Part shown: positions 24,601-38,249 of the stretch, in pieces
Layout: every line of letters starts with the position of its first letter
Numbering within the stretch: the first letter of the stretch is position 1
Origin: Oopsacas minuta
Taxonomy: Eukaryota; Animalia; Porifera
DNA: 64,000 nt
Reading direction: 5' to 3'
Assembly (NCBI GenBank): GCA_024704765.1
Contig: JAKMXF010000348.1
Location: 65,401 to 129,400 of the forward strand
Program-made: the position numbers and the translations under genes
The notes under the pieces: model-generated
The model's input: only the letters and a program-made list of their open reading frames with translations
Told to the model about the DNA's origin: nothing
The model's database searches: none

Positions 24601-27190
24601 AGGAATTTGTTGATTATTATAAAGGGCAAAAGAACCGTAGAATAGTATTGTGCGGTTCAAACTTAAATCTTGTGTAATGTTAATTAACACAGATTTTCCT
24701 TAAATAATCATATACTAAGTATTGTTGTTCTTAATTGCACAAAATATCTGCATTTTCTAAATAAAACGAAAGAATAGTCGGAGATCTATAGCATTGCCCA
24801 TAATGACAACTGCCCCCCCCCCCAAGACTTGCCAGTGCAAACATAAGTAGTTAAATGCAACTCGAAGTGTCACAGACACTCTATCGTATGCGAGAACAGA
24901 TAGTAATGTTAAACAGGTTTATTTCATAACCACCTCAATCAACTGTTCATCTTTCTTTATAATCACCTGCTCAACTATACTGGACAACTAATTCACTGAA
25001 CACAAACGGAGTTTCTAGAAGTACATATACTACATTATTTACTACTTTGTTATGATTTTTATACTATATCGTGTGTATATTTAGATTTTAATTATATTAA
25101 ACCATACAAAACTTTTTCAAGTCAATTGAAGGATAATATTCGTAGTAGTAATCTAGATGCATCATTAATTTATTTTAGCTGAGCATAAAACATACCTTTA
25201 AAATTATAAAATATTGTATATGTTAGTAAACCACAACAATTAATCTTATATTTTGTATAAAAATAACTTTACTCAATTTAGAAGGTAACAGATACGTTTT
25301 AGCCAATTTGGGTAGTAAGTTAAGTTTATGCTGAGGTTTTGTCTTTTGTCTTTTGACTGATGAATTCTTAATACTTTATTGAATGGCAACGTTTTATGTT
25401 TGTGTTTCATGACTATTAAAGAGAAACTTAATGGTGTTAAGATTAGATAAATTGCTTAACTTGTTAGTATTCGGCAAGAATATACAATTTACTTTTGATG
25501 GCCAATGCACAGTGGAAAAATTTGAAAAGTACTGGAAATTTCAAGTACTTTAGCAAAGTACAAATACAGGTTTAAAATATGTAAGTTTTAAGTACAAGTA
25601 TCAAAAATTGTACTTGAACCAAACTTGCTGCAAAGGCACTTTCATGCTTAAACTTCTGGGTGCCGTTGTCGGAATCCAAACCTTTTAACTTAAAGCGCCG
25701 GCAACGTCATTTTAAGGATAATTGTTGGGTGTCGTTTCCGGCACACAAGATCTTAATCTCAAAGTGACTGCAAAAACAAAAGTCAATTTCCCACTCCAAC
25801 ACCTCAAGGACTGTCTCGATATAACCAAAATCACATTTAAAGGGGTTATACTTGGAATTGCCAACCTAATGGAAATACCAACTCCAACAACTCGAGGCTT
25901 GACTCAGAGTTCTACTCTAATACATTTAACCGGGCAAATGGATACTATAGGAAATAATAGGATTCCCTTAAATACGGTAAAATCCTTGCTATACATCATT
26001 GTTCTTGACATCAAATTTCAATGCACTATCATTGGGTTAGTACCAGTGGCTTTTCTAGATAGGGGCTGGGAGGGACGACTGCCCTCACAGTTATTTAAGA
26101 TTTTAGTCTTGCAATTTCTTATAAATAGAATATATTCCTAGTTACATTTGATTGGATTATGAAGGTATGTCACAAAGATTTGGGCAATGTAGTTTTTGGT
26201 CGGGCAAGACCAAATATTTCAGAAATAATCGGTCTGTCCTGACCTAAAGGTTACTCAAATATTCCAGACGTTTTTGGTCCCGTGTTACAGTGAAAGTGTA
26301 TCTCCCGAACATTATTAACTAGGGAATATTGTTCCCCTCTAGTGTATAGTACCACCCATATTAACTTTGGGAATAGTGTTCGGGGAATTATAATACACTA
26401 GGGATTTGTCTCTCCGAAAATTATACAAGGAATAAATTATCTGAACCTATTAAATATGCAAATCCGTTTGGGAAATATGTACACACGCTTGCGGAATATG
26501 TAAATCCTCATGGGAATAAAGGGAATATTGAATAGATGCATCCACATACGGAAATTTTTACCTGTTCTAACTTCAACCTTTTTAAATAAAGACCTCGATC
26601 CCCTTTCAATCGAATAGTGATAAACTAGTAAATAAATCCTTCCATAATGTCAAAATTTGTAAATAACGGCCATGATCCTCTCGTAAAGGTAGTTGCTTAT
26701 GTGCATGCGAATTTAGGTTATAAATAGCTCAACTTTGAACTGTTTGGGAACAATATTCACTAGAGAATAGTGTTTAGAGGGCCATTATTCACCAAAGGGC
26801 ATGATTGGGAAGCCATATTCCTTCGGTAATAATCAGGGTTGGGGTCTATTACATTCGTTCAATTACAATTAAGAATCAATTACAAGACATACACAAATTA
26901 CAATTACAATTAATTATAATTATAGATGTATGAAGAAGTTCCAATCAAAATGAATTTCCCGAAATTATTATTAATTCCAATTACAATGAGTCATTATTTA
27001 CTTTACTATTCAAGGATGACAAAACTGTTAATTAATATAGAAAGATAAAATTATGGACTTCCTAGTAATGAGTATTAATATAGTAGACTCCGCAATAGAA
27101 CTACCGGTGAATCGGGTCACTTGGAGCAGGGTATTATCCAGGCGTATGCGGCGGATATATTAGGGCAAATATATATATAGGCGTATGAAT

Positions 27191-30100
27191 TAGAGCTGTA
27201 CCGGATTAGAGATTTTTCTACTCCGACGGGATCCAGATATCGGATATCCTACTAGAATTGTATTACAGAATATTCAAGATCAAGGTGTATAAATTAGATT
27301 CTGTAGGCGATCGGGCCTCTTCAATGCTAGGTTTCTGTAATAGTAGAAAATTAAGTACACTACACATTGATATGTATGCACTTGTGAATATTTAAGTGAC
27401 ATCATATTTGGGGTATGGTATGTATTATATATTTCATCCAATATATACCCATATATTCCCATATATTCCTATATTCCATATTCCGTATGAGATAAATTTG
27501 GTCTTTCTTCTCAATTTCTAAACAAGACTCTACGAGAGCACTGTGCAGCGAGTGTGACGCCAATATTTCACGTGGGAAGAATTCCAAAACATACAGTACA
27601 TCCCCACTGTGGAATCATTTGAAATATTCATATCCAGAATTATTTACACGTACTAACAAATCAAAATCTTCTCATCTCACATGTCGATTACAGCCAGGAC
27701 AGCTTTGCAACAATGCACGAAATGTTATTGAATAACCATACCCAATATTCCTCTGATCGCACATCCTCAATCAGATCTACAGGGTGTATCAAAAGTGCTG
27801 TCGTATTATATATTTGACTATAACATAGTCAATACACGATATAAACTTATACTCTATTTATCAATATAATGCTCTGACCGATTTATAACTTCGCTAATGC
27901 GGTTAGGCATACCATTTATCAAATTTTGAAGAATCACAGGGTCAATCCAGACCACACCTTTTTCAAATGAATTACGAGGGAATTTATAGTGCTAACTTCG
28001 GGGAGTTTACTGAGCTTGTCTGTGAGGATTGACCATAAATTTCGATCAGATTCAATTTCGGGGAGTTGCCTGGCCAGTCAACCTTCGCCTAGTAGTTTGG
28101 CAGGTGTTCTGAACACCAAGTCTGAGTGTGCTTGGCGGTGTGGGCTGGAGCGCCATCTTGCATAAAAATCGACTGGGACATCTTTTTAGTCATAGACTGA
28201 TCCAAAATAGTGCCAGAATTTGTTGTTCTTCTTATCGCATCCATGCAAGATCCATTCAATATTATTTCTCGTTTATTCTCCTTTAACAGTCTGTTTCTGA
28301 GGGATTATATAAAGTTCTGAGAGTGCCTGATGAGACATCATCCTCCAAACTTGGATTTTCGTCGGGAATTTAACACATTTGAATGGCTGAACATCGGCCG
28401 AACTATGTGATCACACTCGGTCGTTCTGCCTGTTTGGTAGTACAAATAGTTGAAAAAGTGATTCATCGGACCATAAAACCTTCTCCCAATCTGTTGACAG
28501 TCCAATTCTTGTGTTTTGAGGGCGAAGAGGAGTCGATCTTGCATCATTTTATTGGTGAAACGAGGGATTCGCTACCTTTTGTAAGGATAAACACTGATAG
28601 AATGCCTCAAATAGCGATGGACTGTTGAATGTGAAGCGGAAAAACAGAATTGACCAAGGTACGTGCTATAAATCGTGTAGATTTTCCTCTCTTGCACAAA
28701 GTCTTGGATATGATGATCTTAGGAACGCGAGAAAGGATCTTTGGGCGTCCGCACCTGGGTAAAGTACTCAAGGATTATCCAAGTTTTTCCCGACGGGGCC
28801 AACATTAGACTGATCTAATTGAAATACTAGAGCTTCTGACACTTTTTAAGATTCAAACCAGCCTTTAGAATCCGAATGGCTTCATTTCGAAGTTCAATAC
28901 CATGGCCGTTATTAATCCATTATGCGAAAAATGCCCAAAATGTAGAAACTTAGAAAAAATATCAAAAAGTGAGAATGTAGAATAATTTGTGCAGATAAAT
29001 AACAAAACAAAGTTCAACTATCGGAATGATAACGAAATGATAAGAGTAAGGAATGGGTTGCGAATATTATGAACATCGGATAATTGGTAGTTATACGACA
29101 GCACTTTTGATACACCCTGTAAGTGCAACTATTCAAGAAACGTTATATCAGACATTCGAAAAAAACAAAATTAGTGACAAATTGATGATCCTCGTGCAAT
29201 GGAAGTTCACTATCAAATCGGAGAGATGATAGCAATTGATAGTCAACCCATTTCTATAGTTGAGAATATAGGATTCAAAAGGTTGATCAGCCATATATCT
29301 CCGAGATATGAAATTCCAAGCTGAAAGTACTTTTAAGAAAGATAATTGCGAAAATTAATGAAAAACTATCACAATATATCTCACAGCTTCTCAAGGACCA
29401 AAAAAACAAATTTTACTTCCGATATTTGGAATGATGTGCATTCAAACTTGTCATTTATCAGTTTAAGTGGTCACTTCATTGATCTATAGTTTCAGTGGAA
29501 AGATGTTGTACAAAATGTTAAAGATTTTCATGGTAGTCATACAGGATCCACCATTTCTGGTATTTTCAAGAAATAAAAGAGGGTTTTGGAAAATTTCTGA
29601 TATAAAAAGTCATCTCCTCATTCCCGATAATGCCGCGAACATACGCCTAGGTGCGAAATTAGCTAATATTGAAAGCGAAAGTAGTTTTATACATACACTC
29701 CAATTGGTCTTAAACGATAGCATTTTACAACAAAGAGGTATCAGAGATATTTTTGAAATATTGGCAGAAACATTGTTGACCATTTTCATCACTCACCTTT
29801 AGTAACAAATGGTTTCAAAGATATTCAAAATGAGCTTGGAATTCCACAACAAGCTGATATCTATTTCGGAAGTCATCGTCGATATACTAATTCTTTTACG
29901 ATACCTTGAAAAAAAGGAAATGATGAAACAGTGCAAACAATGAAGAATGAATTAAGGAAATCTATCGAAACACATTTTGTGATTGGTGGAAAGATATTTA
30001 CCAAAAAACATTATATAATCGCAACAATACTTGACCCCAGGTTCAAAACTTCATTCTTTACAATCCATCAGAAAGACTATTTGGATACTTTCAAGGATAT

Positions 30101-30746
30101 GATTATTTCGGAGATGGTGAAAGATGCAGGACCTGAAGCTAGTTTGCCCACAAATATAAGAGATAATTTGATAACTGACATCAATAGCTGTGAACCTGCA
30201 CCACCAAAGAAATCTTTAAGGGAAGAAATTCGCGATTCTATCAAGAAGTGCTTTGATGAGATTCTAAGTGAAGCGTTAGATCACGAGAAAGAAATATCAT
30301 ATAGTGAGGGCGAGCTGATGAGCTTTAGTCATAGGGTGAGTCAGAATAAACAAGAAAATCAGTATAAATTTCAACTTGAATGCTATTTGAAAGATCCATT
30401 ACTCCCTAGATCGAAGATCCCTTACTTTGCTGGGAAGGGAATGAAGCTATCTATTTGTATTTAGTTACCGTTTCTGTGAAATATTTATCAGCTCCACCAA
30501 GTTTAATATACAGTGAGAGACTCTTTAGCACAGCAGGGATCATTTTGGACGTACAACGCAGCTCTCTTCTCCCAGAAAATGGGGAGCGATTAATATTCAT
30601 TCAAAATAACCTCTCATTATTGAATTACAAATAGTTGTTATGTGCTCTAGAGCTGTAATTACTCATATTCCGTTATCGTAAATTACTAAAAATATCCGGA
30701 AAATGGCCGAATACCAGATTAGAACCGGACATCCTGTACAGCTCTA
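27191..30746 (+). mobile_element. hAT element with degenerate ZBED4-like transposase (BED finger near 27545-27640, core 29130-30635)
   Basis: TIR TAGAGCTGTAC(C/A)GGAT; perfect TSD GTATGAAT at 27183-90 and 30747-54; CSECDANISRG..LWNHL, ATILDPRFK, SERLFSTAG. Confidence 0.92.
27780..29119 (-). mobile_element. Tc1-like DD37E element, degenerate, inserted in the hAT
   Basis: TIR CAGGGTGTATCAAAAGTGCTGTCGTAT; TA flanks; MQDGAPAH..WPGNSP.LNLIE with 37-residue spacing. Confidence 0.92.
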
Positions 30747-32146
30747 GTATGAATATTCATCTGTAGGCGTAGAAACTCCTATACTGTAATACAAAATGTA
30801 CAGTCTAGGAGTATGAATTGTTTTAAAATACATTTCCAGGCGTATGACATACAGGGCCTGGATGAAACCCTAATTGGAGGAGAAGAACCATATGAATAGT
30901 ATAATTTTACCTATGAACATTGTAATCGGAACAAACCCTGGTAATAATGTTGAGGCAACAGTATTCCCTAGTGAATAATGTTAGAGAAACATAATTCACC
31001 AAAGAGGACCCTTGGCGAACCATGTTTCCTAGTTATAATGTTCAGGGAACACTATTCAATGTGACAGCGGCCGGACCAAAAATGTCTGAATAATTGGGCT
31101 GGTTAATTAATAAGGTCCGTCTGGATTTGTTTAGGCCGTCTTGGCCAGTTTCAAAAATCCTAGATAAGCCACTGCTTGTATCTAGAATGCTATGATACTT
31201 TATTGCTAAAAATATATAGAAGTGTATTTATCCTATTAAAATGTAAAAAAGGTATTTTTCGAATTTATAGCCGGTCTGGGCAGTTCTGGAAATTGATCAA
31301 GTATTTGACCAAAGAAAATTGCTTGTATTAGTCACCTTTGTCAATTGGTGTCAAATTTGCGGTTCGAAATTATATTTTAGAATATTCAAAATGCTGGTAT
31401 ACATAATTCTAATTAAAAAATTCAGGAATGGGAGACCATTCAAAACTTTTCTAAACGAGTCAAGCCCAACCTCAAGTCCTTGTAAATGGGCCTAAGTTCA
31501 AACAATTTTCCAAGCCCTGTTGCCATTCTTTGGAAGCAATAACTATTTCAAAATAGTACACCAAAGATAATACATTGTGTTATTATTGTAAGTTTTCATA
31601 AAGGGAGGATGCACTGTCTGATTATGACGAAGTCTTTAAGTAAAGTAGTCATATTTATTGCTTGTAAAGGGATTGAAAAGGGTTCAAAGGGGGTTAAATG
31701 GCTTGAAGCTCTTCGATAAAAGGCTAAGTCCAAGTCTTGACTTAAACCCTTTTTACAAGAGGGCTAAGTCTGAAATCAAGTCCTCTAAATGCATGGGTAA
31801 AATCCAAAGGGCTTAAGCCCTTCTGCGCCACTTTACAAGTTTGGGCCACCGTAGTTAGGATTCCTATTAATACTAGATACTGACAATAATATTTTCCCAT
31901 TAATTCAACTATGGAAAACCCATAAATTACACTCAAATTTGAAAAGACTATTTTGGGATATTACCACACTGTGTTATATTATTCTATGTACGACCATGAC
32001 TTTTAATTAATAAGCTGGACTTGAGAATATTTTACCAAAATATCAATTGAATTATTGGAAATAAAAAACACTATGTAAACTATGTTGGATATAAGTACAT
32101 AATCCATAGAGCAACTAATATTATACGTAGTGGATTAAAATATATG

Positions 32147-32760
32147 TCTATATTATTAAATCACAATTGTTGTCTGTCTGTCTGTCTGTTTGTTTGTTTG
32201 TTTGTCCGTTGTCAAGAAGAGGATTTACAGTATGCAATTTTGAAATTGTCGCATACCTATGTTTTTATCGTGTTTATCAAAGAAGTAAATAGAATTCAAT
32301 GAAACTTCACTAAATAATCGAACATGCTGAATCCGATTTTCACACTTTCGGATTAATCATATGTAAATTTATTGTCGCTTTTAAGAATATAAAGTAAACA
32401 AATTTCAAAATTGAGGTAGAATTATACTTTCAACAATTATACTGGGATAATCGAGTATCCCGAGTCCTAATATGGTATTGTAAACAACATATTGTGAATA
32501 TTTGTTTACTTTTAGGTACATAAAGTAAACAAATTTCAAAATTGAGGTGGTTTCATACTTTCAACAAGTACACTGGGGTAATCGAGTATGCTGATTCAGA
32601 ATCTCAATATTGTAAACAACATCAATATTATTAAATCTCAATTGTTGTTTATCTATTTGTTTGTCCTTTGAATACTTCGAGGCGCAATGCGCCGAGTTCA
32701 TCACGAAGCGACGAATCAAAGGCTTGTTTATGTTATAACGCATTACTAATTAGCACGTGG
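32147..32760 (+). mobile_element. Helitron-like non-autonomous repeat with (GTCT)/(GTTT) microsatellite and a duplicated head near 32620
   Basis: Starts TCTATATTATTAAA; similar to 11592-11900; internal duplication of the AAAGTAAACAAATTTCAAAATTGAGGT block. Confidence 0.55.
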
Positions 32761-33121
32761 GCGATGAGCACCGAAATTCGTTTCGCGGAATTTGAGTTAC
32801 CTACCGATATTTCAAGGTAAAGATTATAAAAGAACACACGTGTATTAAACTAAACCTGCGTTAGTGAACACCTCTAAATAGTGAACATAAATTTCGTTCC
32901 GGTGGGAAAGAGGTTTGACTATACAACCATTGGAATACCAGAATACTTCGAATTTTGGTAGTACACACAAGAAAATTTGGTGAAGGAATAAATAACCAGT
33001 GAAAATGTCAACAGAATTATACATAATCTCGGACAAGAGTATCTTGCCCGCATAAATAATTTAACTAATCAGTAGAATTATTCACTATGAAATAATATTC
33101 TGTTGAAATCGTAATATTGAT

Positions 33122-34012
33122 CTATTGATAAGTACCATTGATATAAGGCATTAGATTTTCCATAAACCATTCATTACTAAATTCCAGATGGTCTGAGGGA
33201 CAAGCAATAAATCTTAGCTTCTTGGCATCGTTCATTTCTTTTAACCCAAGTCTATCTTCTAGATAGATAGCGCTCTCATTAAGTGGAATAAGCTTTTTGG
33301 TATTTCCTGGAGCATAAAAACCAAACCATTCAGTTTCTTTTGGTTCTACCATAGTGTCTTTTGTAAACATAACAAGTATAAAAAGTGTTAATTTCTGTAA
33401 ATTATTTTTATCTTGCAGATTTCCAACATCGCGTTCATGGTTTATTAGTGCAAGAAAGTTACTCTTTTGTATATATAAAGGCTCATTTTCAGAATCATGC
33501 CAGTATTCAGCTTGTACAACATGTTCTTGAATAAAATTGGAATATACTCCTAAATTAATGCTATCTCGGATGAGTTCACAAAAAATCGAATGGTCAGCAT
33601 TACAACGGGGAAATCCAAACACACCTTGGTGTTGACCACCCACTGATAAGAGAATCTTCATTGAAGGCTGAGGGCAACGCTGTGCTACAGCTCTCAAAAA
33701 TTGTCCTCCCTGAGATAATCCCATTGCATTATAACCATTTCTTAATTGGGTATCATTCCTAATGATGTTGCAAGCAATTTCAATTTGTTTGTTTACCTCC
33801 ATGAAAAATCCATTTTCAGTATCCTCAACAATATCATTGCCAATTTGTAGAGAATGAACATAAATACCTGGAGCCATGTGCTTAATATCCACAATTATAC
33901 GTCCAATACTCAAAGGGTTACAACAGGAATCTCCCATACCATGCCATATAACGAGTGGAACATATCCGCTAACAATAGCCAAGATATAAATGAAAAAGAG
34001 AGCTATAAGCAT
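33122..34012 (-). CDS. PPT1: Palmitoyl-protein thioesterase 1, intact single-exon ORF, 296 aa
   Basis: Signal peptide, PLVIWHGMGDSCC, nucleophile elbow GLSQGG, SVGGQHQGVFGFPRC, QAEYWHD, DTMV (Asp), DHL (His); conserved cysteines and NxS/T sites. Confidence 0.95.
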   Translation of the reverse strand: MLIALFFIYILAIVSGYVPLVIWHGMGDSCCNPLSIGRIIVDIKHMAPGIYVHSLQIGNDIVEDTENGFFMEVNKQIEIACNIIRNDTQLRNGYNAMGLSQGGQFLRAVAQRCPQPSMKILLSVGGQHQGVFGFPRCNADHSIFCELIRDSINLGVYSNFIQEHVVQAEYWHDSENEPLYIQKSNFLALINHERDVGNLQDKNNLQKLTLFILVMFTKDTMVEPKETEWFGFYAPGNTKKLIPLNESAIYLEDRLGLKEMNDAKKLRFIACPSDHLEFSNEWFMENLMPYINGTYQ

Positions 34013-34669
34013 ACTAAAAAGATATTACAATCGGGCAAAAGTTAGTTGGAAATTGGTTATAATTAATTCAAACGCCAGCATCAGCATTAAGCTAGTCATA
34101 ATTCGGAGTGTTCCTTCCAAGCAAGCCTGAGATTTTTCACTTGCAACAACTTAGTACCTCAGGTTAGTTTAAGCATTGAATAGCTAAATTCTTGATGGGT
34201 TGGGTCCTACGCGAACGAGTTATATACGCAGCACTACGTACCTCAATGGTCCATCCAAATTCCATTGAATGGACTTCCGTTGTAATACTGAAGTTGCTAC
34301 AGGGTCCTAAATGCCTCAGGAAATTTAGAAATTATGAAATTATTCCAAATTTTGATAATTTGGAATTTTTGTAGTTATGATGACGAATACTCCCATGAGG
34401 GGTTATACTTTGAAAATAATTATGACGTCAGGACTTTTGTCACATTGAGGGGTTTTGGTCGCTACTCGGCGGGATAAAATGGGCGTTTCATGCATCGAGT
34501 TTATTCTATAGCAGAAATTTTGGTACAACTAAGTATTGTACTGGAAGGTGATTCCCTTTAATCGACACTAGGGGTTACTTTGAAGTCATAAAACTCGTCG
34601 AATAATGAACAGGGAACTTTAGAACACTAAAATCGGACAAAATTTGACAAAGTTATAATCATTTTACTA

Positions 34670-37195
34670 TATAAGCCAAAGTCTATGGGGAGAAATTCCA
34701 ATAACTGACTGAAGCCAACTTATATGTTATATGTTTGTTTGTATTCACTTTGCTTATGCATACTACTCTCATACGTTCAGCATTTCTATGAGTTTGTATT
34801 TAATGTTTTACAGGAGTAAAATCTTATGGTTTACTGTTTGCATTATAACAAATCCGAGTACGTGTTCAGTAATATTCGTCCGAAAAATGAAGTGGGGGGC
34901 GCTCATAAACCTATTAATAGGCCTTGGCATTCCGCATGGGCCCCAGCACACACTCCTGATACTATACTACATCCATGACTAATCACTATATTCAAGGGAA
35001 GTACGCATATCTTAAGCATGCTGTTCCCTCTAATTTTCTGGGGAAATATGATGGGGATGCCGTAAAATTCCAGGGGGTACAACCCAAATTCCGGTGAAAC
35101 AAGCTAAAATATTATGCATTTCAGGCAAATATCCTGGTGATCAAACATTTTCTAGCGAAATTCTGGGATTGTAAGGTCTAAAAATGAGAACATCACAGAA
35201 TAACTGTCACGCTTTAACTGGTCCTGGGGCCACGACTGGTCCACCCGGACCAGTTATGAATGCTACAACTGATCCCGATGAGTTTTCCAATACATAACCT
35301 TGTAACTCTGATTAAACAAACTATACACGATGCAATTTTGTTGCATGTGACACATTTAGGTAAGATAACATAATGTTGAGGGTAAGATGCGATCAAATTG
35401 CAGCTGAGATTTTAGTTTGTAATTTGAGCTAAATATTGCAGTGAATTCATATTTGAGCACGCACTCTTTCAAAACTAAACCTTAGATATGCAACATGTCT
35501 ATATTTACGCAACAACTACATTTATCTAGGTTTTAGTTTAAGGCTAATAAATTGGGTCTATATTCTTAGCAACATATTTTGCTGCATAAAAACAACTTAA
35601 TAAATAGTGAATTAACCCTTGTGAAAGTGTTCAGATTATTGAGTTACTGGGTGTCTGTAGCGGTTACAATTCAGATTATAAGTGATGCCTAGTACACTAT
35701 GACTATATTGATGTATATATTACCAACATTCTAAGAAAATATTTATTATGATGGAATTTACAGATACTGATTTATATTACTGGATATAAATCTCTAATTC
35801 CTCTTAGAATAAATCCCAAAATACTTTTCTTATGTCTCTTTCGCCAACAAGCCTCTATGAGATGGGTCTTAAGTAATTCAGGATTTGTTGTCTGTCCTCT
35901 TGTCTGCCTCTTTTTTTACACCTCCCCCAACTCCCTTCTATGGGTGTGTACATGAGTCACTGGGTCTACGAAATTCTCGGAATGGTTAACTGTGTAATGG
36001 GTATATCCAGAGTGACTTAATATATTGCAGAAAGCCCACTTATCAGAATAAATTATTGTTTGTGGATGAATGAACCTTTGGATAATTGGCAGAAGAGTGG
36101 CTGTTGAGCGATCAGGTACAGTAACCATAATTATATCATCTGTATCCCTCTCAACCATCCGAATACCCACTGGCCAGCTAACAGTCTGCCTCTATTATAT
36201 TTTCCTTTGTCGAATTTGGATTCGTCTATCTCAACCGATCTTTCCAGGACCTCCAATGGGTTAAGGGTTTGTTAATATTTCTTCCAAACATATACCCTTC
36301 ATATAAATCTTTCAATCAACCACTGTGTTCGGACTCCATCCCAAATGCTTCTCCAAAATGCATGCGATTGCAAGTCCTCACTCCAATAGTGCGGGAACTT
36401 GAACATCAATAGGAGTGGAATTTTGGATGGTGTGAAAAGGACCCATGGTGGATCGAACACTTTCGTCTACATGGACTACATCTTCATTCATAGCCATCCT
36501 GAAAGTGAGAAGAATGTGTTTCATACATTTCTACTCCACAACGAAACTACATTCGACGAGCTAATAAGCGATACGTTCTTAACCAGTTTATGTAATTATC
36601 ACAAGACTATGCAAGGAGAATAATATCATCAATAATCAAATCCTGCGGGTTTTCACTGAAGACAGTGGGCTCAAGTATCGGCTGAAAATCCGTTAGTTGT
36701 AATATCAATACGTAGAATATTATATTTGCAACAATTACTTATTATATACCAGTCGGCCCATCGAAGTAACACAATTGCTAGAAGGAATGCCACAATTTGA
36801 TGGCATCTTAATTTGAAATAACCACATTACTGGCAATGGCATTTTGTTGTTTTCATTAATACTACATATTTGTTTACTATTGAAAATGTTGCATTCCTAT
36901 TACAATGTTGGGTAATCATACACTACTTTGCAATCATGTGAATAGTTAGGAATTTAGAATATTAGTCTTCATATGTATTCTAAAAGTGGCTTCATTAATC
37001 ATAAACGTGGATAAGTTAGTTTCATGACGTCTCATTTGTAAAACATCATAGGGAATAACATAAAACACAAACTCATAGAAATGCTGAACGTATGAGAGTA
37101 GTATGCATAAGAAAAGTGAATACAAACAAACATATAGCGTATAAATTGGCTTCATTCAGTTATCGCAATATATCCAAATAGACTTTGGCTTATAA
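34670..37195. repeat. Pair of ~130-bp inverted repeats (34670-34800 and 37065-37195) about 2.3 kb apart
   Basis: TATAAGCCAAAGTCTAT..GTTTGTTTGTATTCACTTT.CTTATGCATACTACTCTCATACGTTCAGCATTTCTATGAGTTTGT present in opposite orientations. Confidence 0.85.
35900..36390 (-). pseudogene. Merlin / IS1595 (ISXO2)-like transposase fragment
   Basis: IGGPGK[fs]VEIDESKF..KYNRGR..GQWV[fs]MVER..VPDRSTATLLPIIQ..IYSDKW..HYTVNHSENFVDP. Confidence 0.85.
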
Positions 37196-37209
37196 TTTTA
37201 AGATTTTAT

Positions 37210-38150
37210 TACCCATGGTCCATCCAAATTACATTGAAGTGGGGATACCGGAGATGCAATGTCGCGTTTGGTTAGTAATGTCTGCAATTCATGCGTCGGG
37301 TATAAGAAATAGTGAAATTTTTCGAAAAAAGATAAATTTTGGGTTTTCAGCCAATTTCCTGTACAGATGACGTAATAATCGTATGAAGAGTTAGCTTTTG
37401 ATTAGTACCATAACGTCAGGAAATTTGGCGCATTGACGGGTAACTGTGATTCAAATTTCAAACTTGTATCATGTATATTGGCTGAGAAGTGGTTCATATG
37501 AATATTTTTGAAAGATAAAGTGATAATGGAGTCATAATTTCACCATAGGTATGAATTTTCGTCCAATAGTCGAACTTCCGATCCAGGCCCAAAATACCCT
37601 TTGTGCTAAAGATAAGCCCAGGAGGTCTTCCAGTTTCTTCAATCAATTCTGTACATACAAACATGTACGTGTATACATCTATACTATTAAAGCCAATTAA
37701 TGGATATATATATATATATATTTAAACATAAATACATGTTTATGTCCAGAACTAATTGAAGAACAGGAAGGTTCCCAGGGCGAATTTTTGGAACAAAGGG
37801 TATTGAGGGCCTGGAGCTGAAAGGTTCGAGTCTTGGACGAAAATTCTCACCTATGATGAAATTATGACGACATTGTCACCGTTTTTTCGAAAAATAACTA
37901 AATCAGCCACTGCTCAGCCTGTACATGATAGATGTTTGAAATTTGAATCACAAGTAGACCTAAATGTGTCAAATGTTTTGCGTGCGGTGATTTTAGCCAA
38001 ATACAAACTCATCATGAGATTATTAAGTCATCATATTTGCACAAAAAAATTAAATTTCTCCAAATTTTTAGACACGAAGTGCTCAGATTACTAACCTATA
38101 GCCACGTAAGAGCTGCAGTAACTCCATTAAATGTAATTTTGATGGGTTAT
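37210..38150. mobile_element. Foldback-like imperfect palindrome (about 940 bp) centred on a short (TA)n; a related arm starts at 34246
   Basis: CCATCCAAATTACATT vs rc AATGTAATTTTGATGG; CAGGCCCAAAATACCCTTTG vs rc CAAAGGGTATTGAGGGCCTG. Confidence 0.75.
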
Positions 38151-38249
38151 TATTAATATAATATTTTATTATCCCAGAAAATTAGGCCCAACGCATGCAG
38201 TTCTAAGTATATCCCGTCGCGTACCGACCAAAAGCATCAAGAAACGTAG

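Larger units (their letters stand above)
26044..31174. mobile_element. Non-autonomous element with hAT-like TIRs and long imperfect subterminal inverted repeats, hosting a nested hAT and Tc1
   Basis: Ends CAGTGGCTTTTCTAG and (rc) CAGTGGCTTATCTAG; 26265-26330 resembles rc of 31020-31090. No clean TSD (GTTAGTAC vs CTTGTATC). Confidence 0.55.

Noticed and set aside
25722-26141. 139-aa ORF
   Set aside because: No recognisable motif, non-ATG start, and it runs across the TIR at 26044.
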